From positions 62,001 to 126,000 of IMG/VR virus record IMGVR_UViG_3300030202_003189: a stretch of 64,000 bases of DNA; one strand, written 5' to 3'. Positions 49,707 through 59,491 of the stretch are shown in pieces; position 1 is the stretch's first letter, and every line of letters begins with the position of its first letter. Below the pieces are notes generated by a model, which made no database searches, was not told where the DNA came from, and was given only the letters and a program-made list of their open reading frames with translations. The position numbers and the translations under genes are program-made.

Positions 49707-50312
49707 ATGGCAGAATCACCAGTAGACATAAATCAATTAGCAGGGGTCTTAAATAGATCAAAGGCATTATTAGACAAAGTAGACACACAAATGGGCCCAA
49801 GTGGGGATGGTGGGTCTTATAGTCAAAAAAGTGTTAGTGAAAATAGAAACGCTCCATTACCGAATGGTATGGTAGACTCTTCACAGATGTTAACAAGTTT
49901 ACCTCAGGGTCAAACCGCACAAATGACATCAGACCCTACAAGACCAATACAAAGAACATTAAGAAATGCTAAAACTACAAAGATGCCAAGAGAGGTAGTG
50001 GAGATGATGATAAATAATCCATCCCAAGACCCAGCAGCACATATGGGAGATTTAGACCCAGAATTAGTTAATATGATTAATCCTAATGGGGCTAAAAAGA
50101 AAAAACAAGTAATCGAAGAAGATTTTCCACAACATACGTCTTCACACCAAGAAGGTGGTTTTAATAGAAAAGAAATAAAAAATTTAATTAAGGAAGTAGT
50201 GGGAGAGTTAATAGTGGAGAGAGAGGTCGATGAACAGGTACAAATTAGAGTTGGGGACACTATATTTACAGGTAAAATAACAAAATCAAAATCAATAAAC
50301 AAAAAATCTTAA
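49707..50312 (+). CDS. hypothetical protein
   Basis: 201 aa; IKNLIKEVV and QIRVGDTIFTGKIT at the C-terminus. Confidence 0.6.
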   Translation: MAESPVDINQLAGVLNRSKALLDKVDTQMGPSGDGGSYSQKSVSENRNAPLPNGMVDSSQMLTSLPQGQTAQMTSDPTRPIQRTLRNAKTTKMPREVVEMMINNPSQDPAAHMGDLDPELVNMINPNGAKKKKQVIEEDFPQHTSSHQEGGFNRKEIKNLIKEVVGELIVEREVDEQVQIRVGDTIFTGKITKSKSINKKS

Positions 50313-50314
50313 TT

Positions 50315-50392
50315 ATGGAAAATTCTTGTAAAGGTAAAAAAGGAGGTTGTTTATCCTCTAGTGATACTGGAAGTACAGCTTCTGAAAAATAA
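50315..50392 (+). CDS. candidate 25-aa micro-protein MENSCKGKKGGCLSSSDTGSTASEK
   Basis: ATG 2 nt after the previous stop in the same TAATTATG context as 49707; less AT-rich than spacers. Confidence 0.45.
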   Translation: MENSCKGKKGGCLSSSDTGSTASEK

Positions 50393-50433
50393 TACAAACC
50401 CCAACACTTATATTCGTTTTATTATATTCTTAA

Positions 50434-50441
50434 TATTTATA
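50434..50441 (+). promoter_or_regulatory. putative late promoter element TATTTATA
   Basis: 17 nt before the neck gene ATG. Confidence 0.55.
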
Positions 50442-50458
50442 TATAAAGAAGATATTCT

Positions 50459-51580
50459 ATGGCAACAAATATAACTCCAGATGATAGGTTAGATTTATTT
50501 ACAAAAACTAGACATCGTTTAGGTGCTCCAGTTAGAAAGGTAGAAATAACTAACGATCAATTAGACACACTTTTAGCGATAGCGGTAGAAGATTACGTAC
50601 AATACCAATATGAATGGCTAGTAGATAACCAATGGCCATCATTAATTGGTTTGGATGTTAGTGAGGCTGACGCCGCAGCTAACTTAACAACAAGAGATTT
50701 TGATTATGAAACACAATTTACTTATGCTTATTCTAAGGCAGTTGGGTTACAGTCTAGAGGTCCTTGGGAATTAAAGACGGACTTCGTAGAGTTGGCAGCT
50801 GGACAGCAACAATATCTAATACCAGCAAACAGAGAATTAAATGAGGTTTTATGGTTTACACCACCTAGTTTGGATCAATCAGTTATTGATCCATTTATGG
50901 GTGTTGGTGGAGCATTTGGTGGTGGTTTTGGAGGTGAAGGAGGTTTAGCTCAATTTGGTATGGGTTCTTATTATGTGATGCCAGCTTTTGATGTTTTATT
51001 AAGACAATCAGATAGAAATCTTAAAAATAGACTTATTAGAGGAGATTTAACCTATAAGGTAACGGCAGCACCTAGTGGACAAAGATATCTTTGGATAATG
51101 CCGGTTCCAGGTGGAGCGTACGATTACGGTTTAACAACACTATTCAAAGGTAAGGTATGGTATAGATATTATGAAATTACTCCAGAAAGTGAGGATCAGG
51201 ACAGAGAGGCTTGTTTAGAAGCAAATACAGATGTAATTAAATTACCATCAGATGTACCTTTAGACTCTATTGATTATTCTTCTTTGAATTTACCTTCTAA
51301 AATATGGGTTCGTAGATACCTTTTAGGATTAGCTAAGGAAACCTTAGGTCGTATAAGAGGAAAATTCTCAGGGGCGTTAAATGTACCAGGAGCTGAAGTA
51401 TCTATGGATTACCAATCGTTATTAGACGAAGGAAAAGATGAACAAGCTAAACTTATCGAAGAATTAGGTGAAAGATTAACAAGTATGAGTAACTTTGGTC
51501 AAACTGAACAGAGAGCAAGTGAGGCAGAATCGATAAATAAATCTCTACAATACAGACCATTAGGGCTGTATGTAATATAG
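50459..51580 (+). CDS. neck / head-tail adaptor protein, T4 gp13-like
   Basis: RLGAPVRKVEIT..QLD, WVRRY...LAKE.LG.IRGKF...L.VPG.EVSM...LL.EG..E...L.EEL. Confidence 0.8.
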   Translation: MATNITPDDRLDLFTKTRHRLGAPVRKVEITNDQLDTLLAIAVEDYVQYQYEWLVDNQWPSLIGLDVSEADAAANLTTRDFDYETQFTYAYSKAVGLQSRGPWELKTDFVELAAGQQQYLIPANRELNEVLWFTPPSLDQSVIDPFMGVGGAFGGGFGGEGGLAQFGMGSYYVMPAFDVLLRQSDRNLKNRLIRGDLTYKVTAAPSGQRYLWIMPVPGGAYDYGLTTLFKGKVWYRYYEITPESEDQDREACLEANTDVIKLPSDVPLDSIDYSSLNLPSKIWVRRYLLGLAKETLGRIRGKFSGALNVPGAEVSMDYQSLLDEGKDEQAKLIEELGERLTSMSNFGQTEQRASEAESINKSLQYRPLGLYVI

Positions 51581-51586
51581 TTTCTT

Positions 51587-52792
51587 ATGGCATTTACAAC
51601 ATTAGTTGATTATTCAAGGCAATTAACACAAGCTCCAGACACAACCGCTATTTTTTCTGGTGATACAGAAATACTGGGTAGTCTTACGTTAGGGTCAATT
51701 TATTCTAATGGACTATCGGATTATTCCAAATTATATTTTAGTTCCAGTACACTTACAACATCACCTGAGATTAAATACAACCCACTACTAAAGAATTGGT
51801 TATTTACTATGCGTGACCCTGCTGACGCTACCGCAACAGAACACCAACTTAACAGATTAAAATTTACTTTGAACACCGCTGGTAAAAATGGAGAGTTTGG
51901 GTTTTATGGACAACAATCATTTTTTAGATATACTTCGGATGATATGGATGGACTACAAAGTAATGTTCTTCACAATCCAGCGACCGTTATGATAATTGGA
52001 AGTGGAACCACAAGTGCGAGTACGGCATTCACAGTTTCAAATTGGAACTCCTCAACAGGAATAGGAATGACGGGACTTACTATTGATGATGGAATGAATG
52101 TTAGAATTGGAGATAGACGACCTTACGCCAATGCAGATTCTAATACATGTCAGGTTTTTCTTGGTCCCGGAGGTATACTGAACAACCAGGAAGATTATGA
52201 AGTATTATATATCGGAGGAGAGGGTCGTGTTGGTATAGATTTATCTAGACGGGACGTAAAAATGAATATAGACTATGATTATGATAGTTCTTGGATATAT
52301 GGTCTTAAACCGGTGCAATTTGAATTTAAGAAGTCTCCGGGTCGTATTCAGTGGGGGTTTATTGCTGAAGATGCTGCAGAAGTTAAAAAAGATTTCGCTA
52401 AATGGGACTCTGATGGGTCATTAAGAGGGGTTAAACATGAGAGGTTAGTTTCTGTAGTACTTAAAGAATTAATTGAATTAAGAAAAAAGGTCGATCCCTC
52501 TTTTAGAAAAACGCATGAAGAAGATAAAGTAAAAATTATTTCAGATGATTATGAAGTAATTCATGATGGTACAATAATTGCTCGTGGAGGTAAAGATATT
52601 AAATTAACTATATCTGATTCATTATCTGGAATGGTAAGAATAAAATCATTGGCTAATGTTACTGTACGTTCTAATCGATTGATTGATGAAAAGTGGGGTC
52701 AGATGGAGTTAGAAGATGGTAGTAGTGTTAGTTTATTGTGTCACGACAAATTTATATACATACTTTCCTCAGACGGGGATAAGCTTAAATAA
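51587..52792 (+). CDS. fibre-type protein with peptidase S74 intramolecular chaperone domain
   Basis: SRRDVKMNI, LKPVQFEFK, WGFIAED, GVKHERLVSVVLKELIEL. Confidence 0.7.
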   Translation: MAFTTLVDYSRQLTQAPDTTAIFSGDTEILGSLTLGSIYSNGLSDYSKLYFSSSTLTTSPEIKYNPLLKNWLFTMRDPADATATEHQLNRLKFTLNTAGKNGEFGFYGQQSFFRYTSDDMDGLQSNVLHNPATVMIIGSGTTSASTAFTVSNWNSSTGIGMTGLTIDDGMNVRIGDRRPYANADSNTCQVFLGPGGILNNQEDYEVLYIGGEGRVGIDLSRRDVKMNIDYDYDSSWIYGLKPVQFEFKKSPGRIQWGFIAEDAAEVKKDFAKWDSDGSLRGVKHERLVSVVLKELIELRKKVDPSFRKTHEEDKVKIISDDYEVIHDGTIIARGGKDIKLTISDSLSGMVRIKSLANVTVRSNRLIDEKWGQMELEDGSSVSLLCHDKFIYILSSDGDKLK

Positions 52793-54560
52793 AACTTAAC
52801 TGTTCCATAAGACTTTCCACAATATCTTCTTCGGAATACTCACCCATTATTGTATCTATGTTTTTTTGTTTAGATTTTAGAGATTTGTAAATTATTTCCT
52901 CTACAGTTTTATCAAAAATTGGGTAATAGACATTAACTTTTTTATTTTGTCCAATCCTATAGGCTCTATCTTCAGCTTGTGAGTGAGATTTTGGGACCCA
53001 ATCTAAACTATTCATTATGACAACTTCTCCTTCAGTTAAAGTAATACCAACACCTGCGGAAATTATATTACCAACAAAAACTTTAATTTTTTTATCATTT
53101 TGAAATCTGTTTACGCTTTCTTCTTTCTGCTCATTTGTCATGGAACCGTTATGTCTAACACATACCTTACCAAAGGCATCATAAATCATTTGTTGTTCAT
53201 CATTAAAGTTTGTAAAAATTATAACTTTTTTATCTTGTTCAACTAGGTCTTTAGTAAAGTTAATGGTGTACTTTGTTTTTTCCTCAGCTAAAAACTTTCT
53301 AAGTGTTACTAATTTGGTCATATGTTCGGCAAGATTAGCGTGACCATGTTTTAGAGACCAAGTTTTATATTCACCCATTATTTCCTGGTATCCAGAAGCA
53401 TTTTCTAGTTGATGGTATATTGGTGATACTATTTTTGGTGGTAAATCTAATATCTCTTCTTTTTTTCTTCTCAATATAGTGTCTTTTGTGTAATCATGTA
53501 ACTCTTCTAGGTTTGAGGCGCCTTTGGTGTCCCATATGAGTCTACCCCCTTGTCCCCTAAATTGTCTAGCGTCACAATATCGTTTAACAAAATTAATCCA
53601 ATCTTGAGAAACATTTGACCGACAAATTTTAAGTAAATTATAAAAGTCGATAGGACGATTAGCCACAGGAGTTCCAGTTAATAACCAGACCCTATTTATT
53701 GTTTTTACAAAATCCATTACTATCTTAGTTCTTTTTGACGTAGTGTTTTTTATTGCGTGTGCTTCATCAATAATAACCAAATCAAAATTGGACTTAATTA
53801 TTTCACCAATCTTAATTTTTGAAAGACTTTTATTTTTTGTTGGAATCTCGTGGAAATTTTTTAATATGTCATAGTTGATAATGTTCCATTTTTTCGTGTC
53901 TCCCCATATCTTACCCTTTATAATGTTAATTTCTTCCTCGTCGTCGTAATTTGAGATTTCCTTTTTCCAGTTAAGTTTTAATGAAGAGGGACAAATAACT
54001 AATATTCTTTTAACTTTAGTTGTTAGTGCCGCGATAACGGCTGATGTGGTTTTACCAAGTCCCATATCATCAGATAATATAAATCTATCGTATTCTAACA
54101 ATTTTTTTATCGCTTCTTTTTGGTGTACCATTGGTGGTCTGTGTTTATATGGAGAATAGTCGACATCTTTAATCTCATTTTTCACACGATTTTTAATGAT
54201 ATACTTTTTAGGTATCCACAACATAGTCGGGACTTTTTGCTTTTGATTAAATTTTACCATTGCGTGGAGCACCTCCGAAGAATTAGACAATATCTTTACT
54301 ATGTTAATTTTTATTGGATTATTTACTAAAAGATGTTGTTCCTGTAGTTTAGTGGCAAAATATGTAGAAATAGTTATTTCTTCGTCAACAATAACAGGGA
54401 CCTTCCTATAGTTCTTTTGAATGTACTCAATCTGTTTTGGGGTAGGTGTGGTAGTTCTAGAGTTGTTAAATCTAGATTTTAGACTTAATATATAATCATT
54501 TTCCCCCTCATACGATTTGACTAGAGATATGTAATCTTTTATTCTACTTGGTTCTAACAT
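52785..54560 (-). CDS. SNF2/SWI2-family helicase (SMARCAL1/HARP-like)
   Basis: HQKEA, DDMGLGKT, ICPSSL..NW, IIDEAH, LLTGTP..NRP, AGVGITL, QAEDRAYRIGQ. Confidence 0.92.
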   Translation of the reverse strand: MLEPSRIKDYISLVKSYEGENDYILSLKSRFNNSRTTTPTPKQIEYIQKNYRKVPVIVDEEITISTYFATKLQEQHLLVNNPIKINIVKILSNSSEVLHAMVKFNQKQKVPTMLWIPKKYIIKNRVKNEIKDVDYSPYKHRPPMVHQKEAIKKLLEYDRFILSDDMGLGKTTSAVIAALTTKVKRILVICPSSLKLNWKKEISNYDDEEEINIIKGKIWGDTKKWNIINYDILKNFHEIPTKNKSLSKIKIGEIIKSNFDLVIIDEAHAIKNTTSKRTKIVMDFVKTINRVWLLTGTPVANRPIDFYNLLKICRSNVSQDWINFVKRYCDARQFRGQGGRLIWDTKGASNLEELHDYTKDTILRRKKEEILDLPPKIVSPIYHQLENASGYQEIMGEYKTWSLKHGHANLAEHMTKLVTLRKFLAEEKTKYTINFTKDLVEQDKKVIIFTNFNDEQQMIYDAFGKVCVRHNGSMTNEQKEESVNRFQNDKKIKVFVGNIISAGVGITLTEGEVVIMNSLDWVPKSHSQAEDRAYRIGQNKKVNVYYPIFDKTVEEIIYKSLKSKQKNIDTIMGEYSEEDIVESLMEQLSFI

Positions 54561-54579
54561 ACATTATTTATACTATAGC

Positions 54580-54630
54580 TAATGATCATTTATAACTAAT
54601 GATCAATTATAATTAATGATCTATTATAAT
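54580..54630. repeat. three tandem 17-bp AT-rich repeats with GATC core
   Basis: TAATGATCATTTATAAC / TAATGATCAATTATAAT / TAATGATCTATTATAAT. Confidence 0.85.
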
Positions 54631-54689
54631 TATTAATTACTAGTGGCGTGCATATTAACGCTAATTAAAAATAATAACTAAGTAAACAG

Positions 54690-54697
54690 TATTTATA
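54690..54697 (+). promoter_or_regulatory. putative late promoter element TATTTATA
   Basis: 4 nt before ATG at 54702. Confidence 0.5.
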
Positions 54698-54701
54698 GTA
54701 T

Positions 54702-55235
54702 ATGAAGAACAATCAGAACCAACAAACTAAAGTACCAATTACGAGATTGAATAAATTCTTTGATGACCAGGATTTTGGTTTAGAAGTTGATTTCGGTAGA
54801 GAGTATATGGAGGGTGACCTACATATGACTGTAGTGTTATTTAGTATTGATATTGAAGAAACTGATACGGATGATGTGTATAAAGAAGTTAACGCAGAGA
54901 ATGTACGTTTTCATCCACCTGTTGAGTTATTAGTTAATTTAGAAATAGCAGCTGGGGAAAATCAAACCTATAACCCTAATGGAACATTAAGGTATAGAGA
55001 TTATGGTAATATGACCTTTAATATTTTTCAACAACAACTAGACCAAAAACAAACTGAAATTAAGTATGGTGACTATATAGGATATAGAGACAGTGAAAGT
55101 TCAATGAAATATTGGGTAGTAGTTAATGATGGTAAAATTATAGCAGATAACGAACATACAATATTTGGATATAAAGGAGCAGTAAGAACTGTTGAGTGTG
55201 CAGTTGCTGATCGAAACGAATTTAAGGCAATATAA
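54702..55235 (+). CDS. putative head closure / neck protein (gp14-like position)
   Basis: DDVY.E, F.PPVEL, IKYGDYI, YW.V; lies between neck and tail-terminator genes. Confidence 0.6.
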   Translation: MKNNQNQQTKVPITRLNKFFDDQDFGLEVDFGREYMEGDLHMTVVLFSIDIEETDTDDVYKEVNAENVRFHPPVELLVNLEIAAGENQTYNPNGTLRYRDYGNMTFNIFQQQLDQKQTEIKYGDYIGYRDSESSMKYWVVVNDGKIIADNEHTIFGYKGAVRTVECAVADRNEFKAI

Positions 55236-55236
55236 A

Positions 55237-56355
55237 ATGGGTGTACCTAAAAAATTTCTTAAGAATGTACAAATAAAAGCCCCATCTAATAATCATGATA
55301 GGAGATTAGAACTATGGGAAGAAGGTTGGAATGCTAGTGGTACTTTTGTGCCTAAAGGAGTGTTATATGAAGATATGGATAGGGACTTTATTAATCTTAT
55401 TAAGGATGACCTTTCTTTTTCGGTTGAAGGAGAAAAGGTGCCAGTATTTTTCCTAACAATACAGAGATGGGCAGAATTTGCTAGGACTTGGGAATTCACA
55501 GATAAAGACAGAAATGTACAAATGCCGTTCGTTTCGATAGTTAGACAACCAGATATTCAGTTTGGGACAAATCCCGTAACTCAATATACTATTCCTCAGA
55601 AACAAAGATTTGATTATATGAAAGTTCCAAACTATGATGGGGATTCTGTGGGGGTTGACGTTTATAAAATTCCACAACCAATCGCAGTTAACTTAATGTA
55701 TGAAGTTAGATTCTTTTCTTATCGAATGAGAGAAATAAACAAATTTAACAAGATAGTTATGCAAGCTTTTCAATCTAGACAAAAGTACATTAATTGTAAT
55801 GGTCACTATTTTCCAGTGGTTTTAGAAACAATTGGGGATGAAAGTACCATAGACCAATTTGAAAGTAAAAGATTTTACGTACAAAATTTTGAAATGCAAT
55901 TACAGGGATATATTATGGATGAGGAAGATTATGAAGTTACACCAGCTATTAAAAGGGTGGTAACATTATTTGAAACCGAACCGAACGTAATACCTAGTCT
56001 AAACGCTACAGATAATTTAGACGCTGGTCGAGATACCGAAGAATTTGAAGTTAGTGTAAGTTATTTAGTTGATGTACCACATAACCCAGTTAATGAAACA
56101 CCACCAGTTACAATTAAAGATACCGCATTAATAACTACTTTTACCTTAGAAAATGTTAGGGATTGTCCTACTCTTAGCACAGGGTGTAGTGCAATTTCAC
56201 CAAAAATTCAAATCGATCCAAATACAGGAAGTTTTATAAGTACATCACTACCAGTTCAATTATTACCAAATTATAAGATAAGAGCCGTTATTACAGTTAT
56301 TGATGAAACATTAGACGCTAAGGTTACTTTTAGAGGATACAGGAACGAAGTTTAA
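55237..56355 (+). CDS. putative tail terminator / sheath stabiliser (gp15-like) with C-terminal extension
   Basis: MPFVSIVR, PQPIAVNLMYEV, INKFN..V...F; upstream of sheath. Start set at ATG 55237 (MGVPKK). Confidence 0.6.
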   Translation: MGVPKKFLKNVQIKAPSNNHDRRLELWEEGWNASGTFVPKGVLYEDMDRDFINLIKDDLSFSVEGEKVPVFFLTIQRWAEFARTWEFTDKDRNVQMPFVSIVRQPDIQFGTNPVTQYTIPQKQRFDYMKVPNYDGDSVGVDVYKIPQPIAVNLMYEVRFFSYRMREINKFNKIVMQAFQSRQKYINCNGHYFPVVLETIGDESTIDQFESKRFYVQNFEMQLQGYIMDEEDYEVTPAIKRVVTLFETEPNVIPSLNATDNLDAGRDTEEFEVSVSYLVDVPHNPVNETPPVTIKDTALITTFTLENVRDCPTLSTGCSAISPKIQIDPNTGSFISTSLPVQLLPNYKIRAVITVIDETLDAKVTFRGYRNEV

Positions 56356-56525
56356 TCATTATATAAATCATCCTTCTTACGATAGGGTTTGTTAACACAT
56401 TTCTCTTTTATTAGTCGTTCTACAAAAGCAAACATTTTAAGACCATTCTCCTCACAGTATTTTTTAAGTAGAGAATGGGTTACACTATCGATTTTAAGGT
56501 TTTTATCACGTTTTGATTTTAACAT
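56352..56525 (-). CDS. 57-aa ribbon-helix-helix-like DNA-binding protein (absent from ORF track)
   Basis: MLKSKRDKNLKIDSVTHSLLKKYCEENGLKMFAFVERLIKEKC...: strand, helix, G-turn, helix pattern. Confidence 0.7.
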   Translation of the reverse strand: MLKSKRDKNLKIDSVTHSLLKKYCEENGLKMFAFVERLIKEKCVNKPYRKKDDLYND

Positions 56526-56526
56526 A

Positions 56527-56563
56527 TATAAATAAGTATGAAAAAAGTATGATTTTTTTCATA
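56527..56563. promoter_or_regulatory. minus-strand TATTTATA (56527-56534) plus operator-like inverted repeat
   Basis: TATGAAAAAA (56537-56546) pairs with TTTTTTCATA (56554-56563); direct repeat AGTATGA twice. Confidence 0.55.
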
Positions 56564-56603
56564 TTACACTAAAAAAGCCTTTGTACTTTGATAAAAATCA
56601 GAG

Positions 56604-56610
56604 TATTTAT
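56604..56610 (+). promoter_or_regulatory. putative late promoter element TATTTAT (tail sheath)
   Basis: 43 nt before ATG at 56654. Confidence 0.5.
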
Positions 56611-56653
56611 TATAAAACCAAGAATAACAATAAATTAAAAAATAAAGAAACAC

Positions 56654-59470
56654 ATGGCAAATCAAGTAGTAGTATCACCAGGAGTATATACATCAGAAAA
56701 AGATCTTTCTTTTGTCGCATCCAGTGTAGGGATAACAAGATTAGGGGTATCAGCAGAGACACTAAAAGGACCGGCTAACCAACCTATTTTCGTACAAGAC
56801 TATGACACATACCAAACTTATTTTGGTGGACAAGACCCATCTGTATGGACAGTAGGGAGTACTTTAATACCTAAGTATGAAGGAACATATATCGCTAGAT
56901 CTTATCTAAGTGAATCAAATAATCTTTGGATGACAAGAACTCTAGGTCTTAGTGGATATGACGCAACCGAGGCTTTAGTTATAAATGTAGGTGAGGGTAA
57001 TATGGACGCAACTCAAGCGACACAACAAACAAATACTGCTGGAGGTATCCAATCGGATAAAAGATTTTCAGCTATGACAGCCTGTGTTATTAGAGTAAGA
57101 AAAAAACAAGGTGTTACATTTACTCAACCAAATTTTGCTGTACAAATATTAAGAGTAGGGACAGCACCAGGAATGATAGAGGTTGCGGATGGACAATGGG
57201 TACCTAATGGAATTAATGGAGGAAGTTCAGCTACAGGTATTGCGAGTACTACTAATATACAACCACCAGCTAACGCACAAAATGCAGTTTGGAGTACAGC
57301 TGCGGATGACTTCGTTATACAAACTATGAGGTTAGGTGGTGTAATAAGAGATACTTATGTTGTTAGTTTCAACCCAAACAGTAATAACTACATAACAAAA
57401 GTTCTAGGAACTAATCCATACTATGACTCTACAAATAATAGTGAGGCTAGAATATATGTTGAACAATTCTACCCTAAAGCGATACAACAGTTAGGTAAAG
57501 AATGGGGTGGTACAGCAGGAAACAGTTATCTTGATGGTTTACCACACATGACTTGGTATAACGTACCTTCAGGATGGAGTAATTATACTGACACTTGGCA
57601 ACCAATTGCAACAACAGACGGACCAACTACTCCATGGATTTATTCTGAAGTTAGAGGTCTTGACGTAGAAAAATTATTTAGACTTATTTCTATCGGTGAT
57701 GGTAATGCCGCAAATAAAAACATTAAAACATCTTTCCTTAATTTAGATATTGATAATAAAACTTTTGATATTGCAATTAGATCATATGACGATACCGACG
57801 CTAAACAATCAGTATTAGAGAGTTTCAAGAATTGTAGTATGAACCCAGTTAGTCAAAATTATATTGGTAAAAAAATTGGTACATTAAACGGAGAATATGC
57901 TTTAAGATCAAGATATGTAATGGTTGAAATTGATGACAACGCACCAATAGATGCGTTACCATCAGGATATAAAGGATACCCAACTACAGATGGACCTAAT
58001 ATGAGTGGGGTTACTAATTTCCAAGGGTCTACTTTTAGTACGTTTGAAGATGCACTTCATTCACGTATCCAACCAGATGTGTATTATAATTTAAGTTATG
58101 ATACAGTTAATGACAATGTTAGAAAAACTTATCTAGGTCTTTCTGATAAGATGGGATATGACCAAAACTTATTTAATTACATGGGGTGTGCTACTGTTAG
58201 AGGTACTACTTGTGCTACAGCTTGGACAGGACACACATACGGTTTCCACTTAGATACAAGAGTTTCTGGGTCAACTTTCTTAGGTGATACAAATTTATCA
58301 GATGGAAAACAATGGTTCTCAGGTTCAGTTGGGACATTCCCATTTTATGTTAATTCCGTTGACTATGTTAACGATCCATACTATGGACCTGGATCAGAGG
58401 CACTAGCGGCTAATTCAAAAAACGCATATTACCAGAAGAAATATAGAAAATTTACCGTGGCATTTTATGGTGGTTTTGATGGTTGGGATGTGAGTAGAGC
58501 TAGTAGAACAAATACAGATAGTTGGAGAGAGAATCAAGCGGCGGGATATAATTTAGGGTACGGTAGTGGTACTACAGGACCATATCTTGGAGCTTATACT
58601 TTTAATAAGAACACTGACTGGTATGCTTATTATAACGCAATACAAAAGTTTGCTAATCCAGAAGAGGTTGATATAAATCTTTTTGCAACACCTGGTATCG
58701 ACTACACTAATAATTTAACATTAGTTAATGATACTATTGAGATGGTTGAAGATGATAGAGCTGATTCACTATATATCCTTACTTCAGAGAATTATAAGGA
58801 CCAAACAGTGGATAATGCGGTAGACGCTTTAGAAGACTCAAGTATCTCTAGTAATTATGTTGCGACTTACTGGCCATGGATACAATTTAACGATGTTGAA
58901 AACAACGTAAGGATATACATTCCACCAACTAATGAAGTTTTAAGAAATATGGCGATTACAGATAATGTATCCTTCCCATGGTTCGCAACTGCTGGTTACA
59001 ATAGAGGAATAATAAAAGCTAATAAGGTAAGAATAAATCTAACACAAGATAATAGAGACGACCTATATGAAGCTAGACTAAACCCAATTGCGACATTTAC
59101 AGCGACTGGACCGGTTATTTGGGGTAATAAAACATTACAAACAGCAATGTCGGCACTTGATAGGATTAATGTTAGAAGATTACTTCTTAGAGCTAGAAAA
59201 TTAGTTTCAGCAGTGGCGGTTAGACTAGTATTTGAACAAAATGATGAAATAGTAAGACAAGAATTCTTAAGTTTAGTAAATCCAATTCTAGAAGATATTA
59301 GAAGAGATAGAGGATTAACAGACTTTAAGGTTGTTCTTTCTAATGACCCAGAAGAAATTGATCAAAACAAGTTGACAGGTAAGATTTATATTAAACCAAC
59401 TAGATCTTTAGAGTTTATCGAAATAGAATTTAATATCACACCAACAGCAACAAGTTTTGACGATATATAA
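56654..59470 (+). CDS. gp18: tail sheath protein 1, T4 gp18-like
   Basis: SPGVYTSEKD, KGP, YWPW, PWFATAGYNRG, RDDLY..RLNPI, WGNKTLQ...SALDRINVRRL, IKPTRSLEFI. Confidence 0.93.
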   Translation: MANQVVVSPGVYTSEKDLSFVASSVGITRLGVSAETLKGPANQPIFVQDYDTYQTYFGGQDPSVWTVGSTLIPKYEGTYIARSYLSESNNLWMTRTLGLSGYDATEALVINVGEGNMDATQATQQTNTAGGIQSDKRFSAMTACVIRVRKKQGVTFTQPNFAVQILRVGTAPGMIEVADGQWVPNGINGGSSATGIASTTNIQPPANAQNAVWSTAADDFVIQTMRLGGVIRDTYVVSFNPNSNNYITKVLGTNPYYDSTNNSEARIYVEQFYPKAIQQLGKEWGGTAGNSYLDGLPHMTWYNVPSGWSNYTDTWQPIATTDGPTTPWIYSEVRGLDVEKLFRLISIGDGNAANKNIKTSFLNLDIDNKTFDIAIRSYDDTDAKQSVLESFKNCSMNPVSQNYIGKKIGTLNGEYALRSRYVMVEIDDNAPIDALPSGYKGYPTTDGPNMSGVTNFQGSTFSTFEDALHSRIQPDVYYNLSYDTVNDNVRKTYLGLSDKMGYDQNLFNYMGCATVRGTTCATAWTGHTYGFHLDTRVSGSTFLGDTNLSDGKQWFSGSVGTFPFYVNSVDYVNDPYYGPGSEALAANSKNAYYQKKYRKFTVAFYGGFDGWDVSRASRTNTDSWRENQAAGYNLGYGSGTTGPYLGAYTFNKNTDWYAYYNAIQKFANPEEVDINLFATPGIDYTNNLTLVNDTIEMVEDDRADSLYILTSENYKDQTVDNAVDALEDSSISSNYVATYWPWIQFNDVENNVRIYIPPTNEVLRNMAITDNVSFPWFATAGYNRGIIKANKVRINLTQDNRDDLYEARLNPIATFTATGPVIWGNKTLQTAMSALDRINVRRLLLRARKLVSAVAVRLVFEQNDEIVRQEFLSLVNPILEDIRRDRGLTDFKVVLSNDPEEIDQNKLTGKIYIKPTRSLEFIEIEFNITPTATSFDDI

Positions 59471-59491
59471 CATAAATTAAAACTTTTATAG

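Noticed and set aside
54580-54630. Mini CRISPR array
   Set aside because: Units are 17 bp, directly adjacent, with no spacers and no cas genes.
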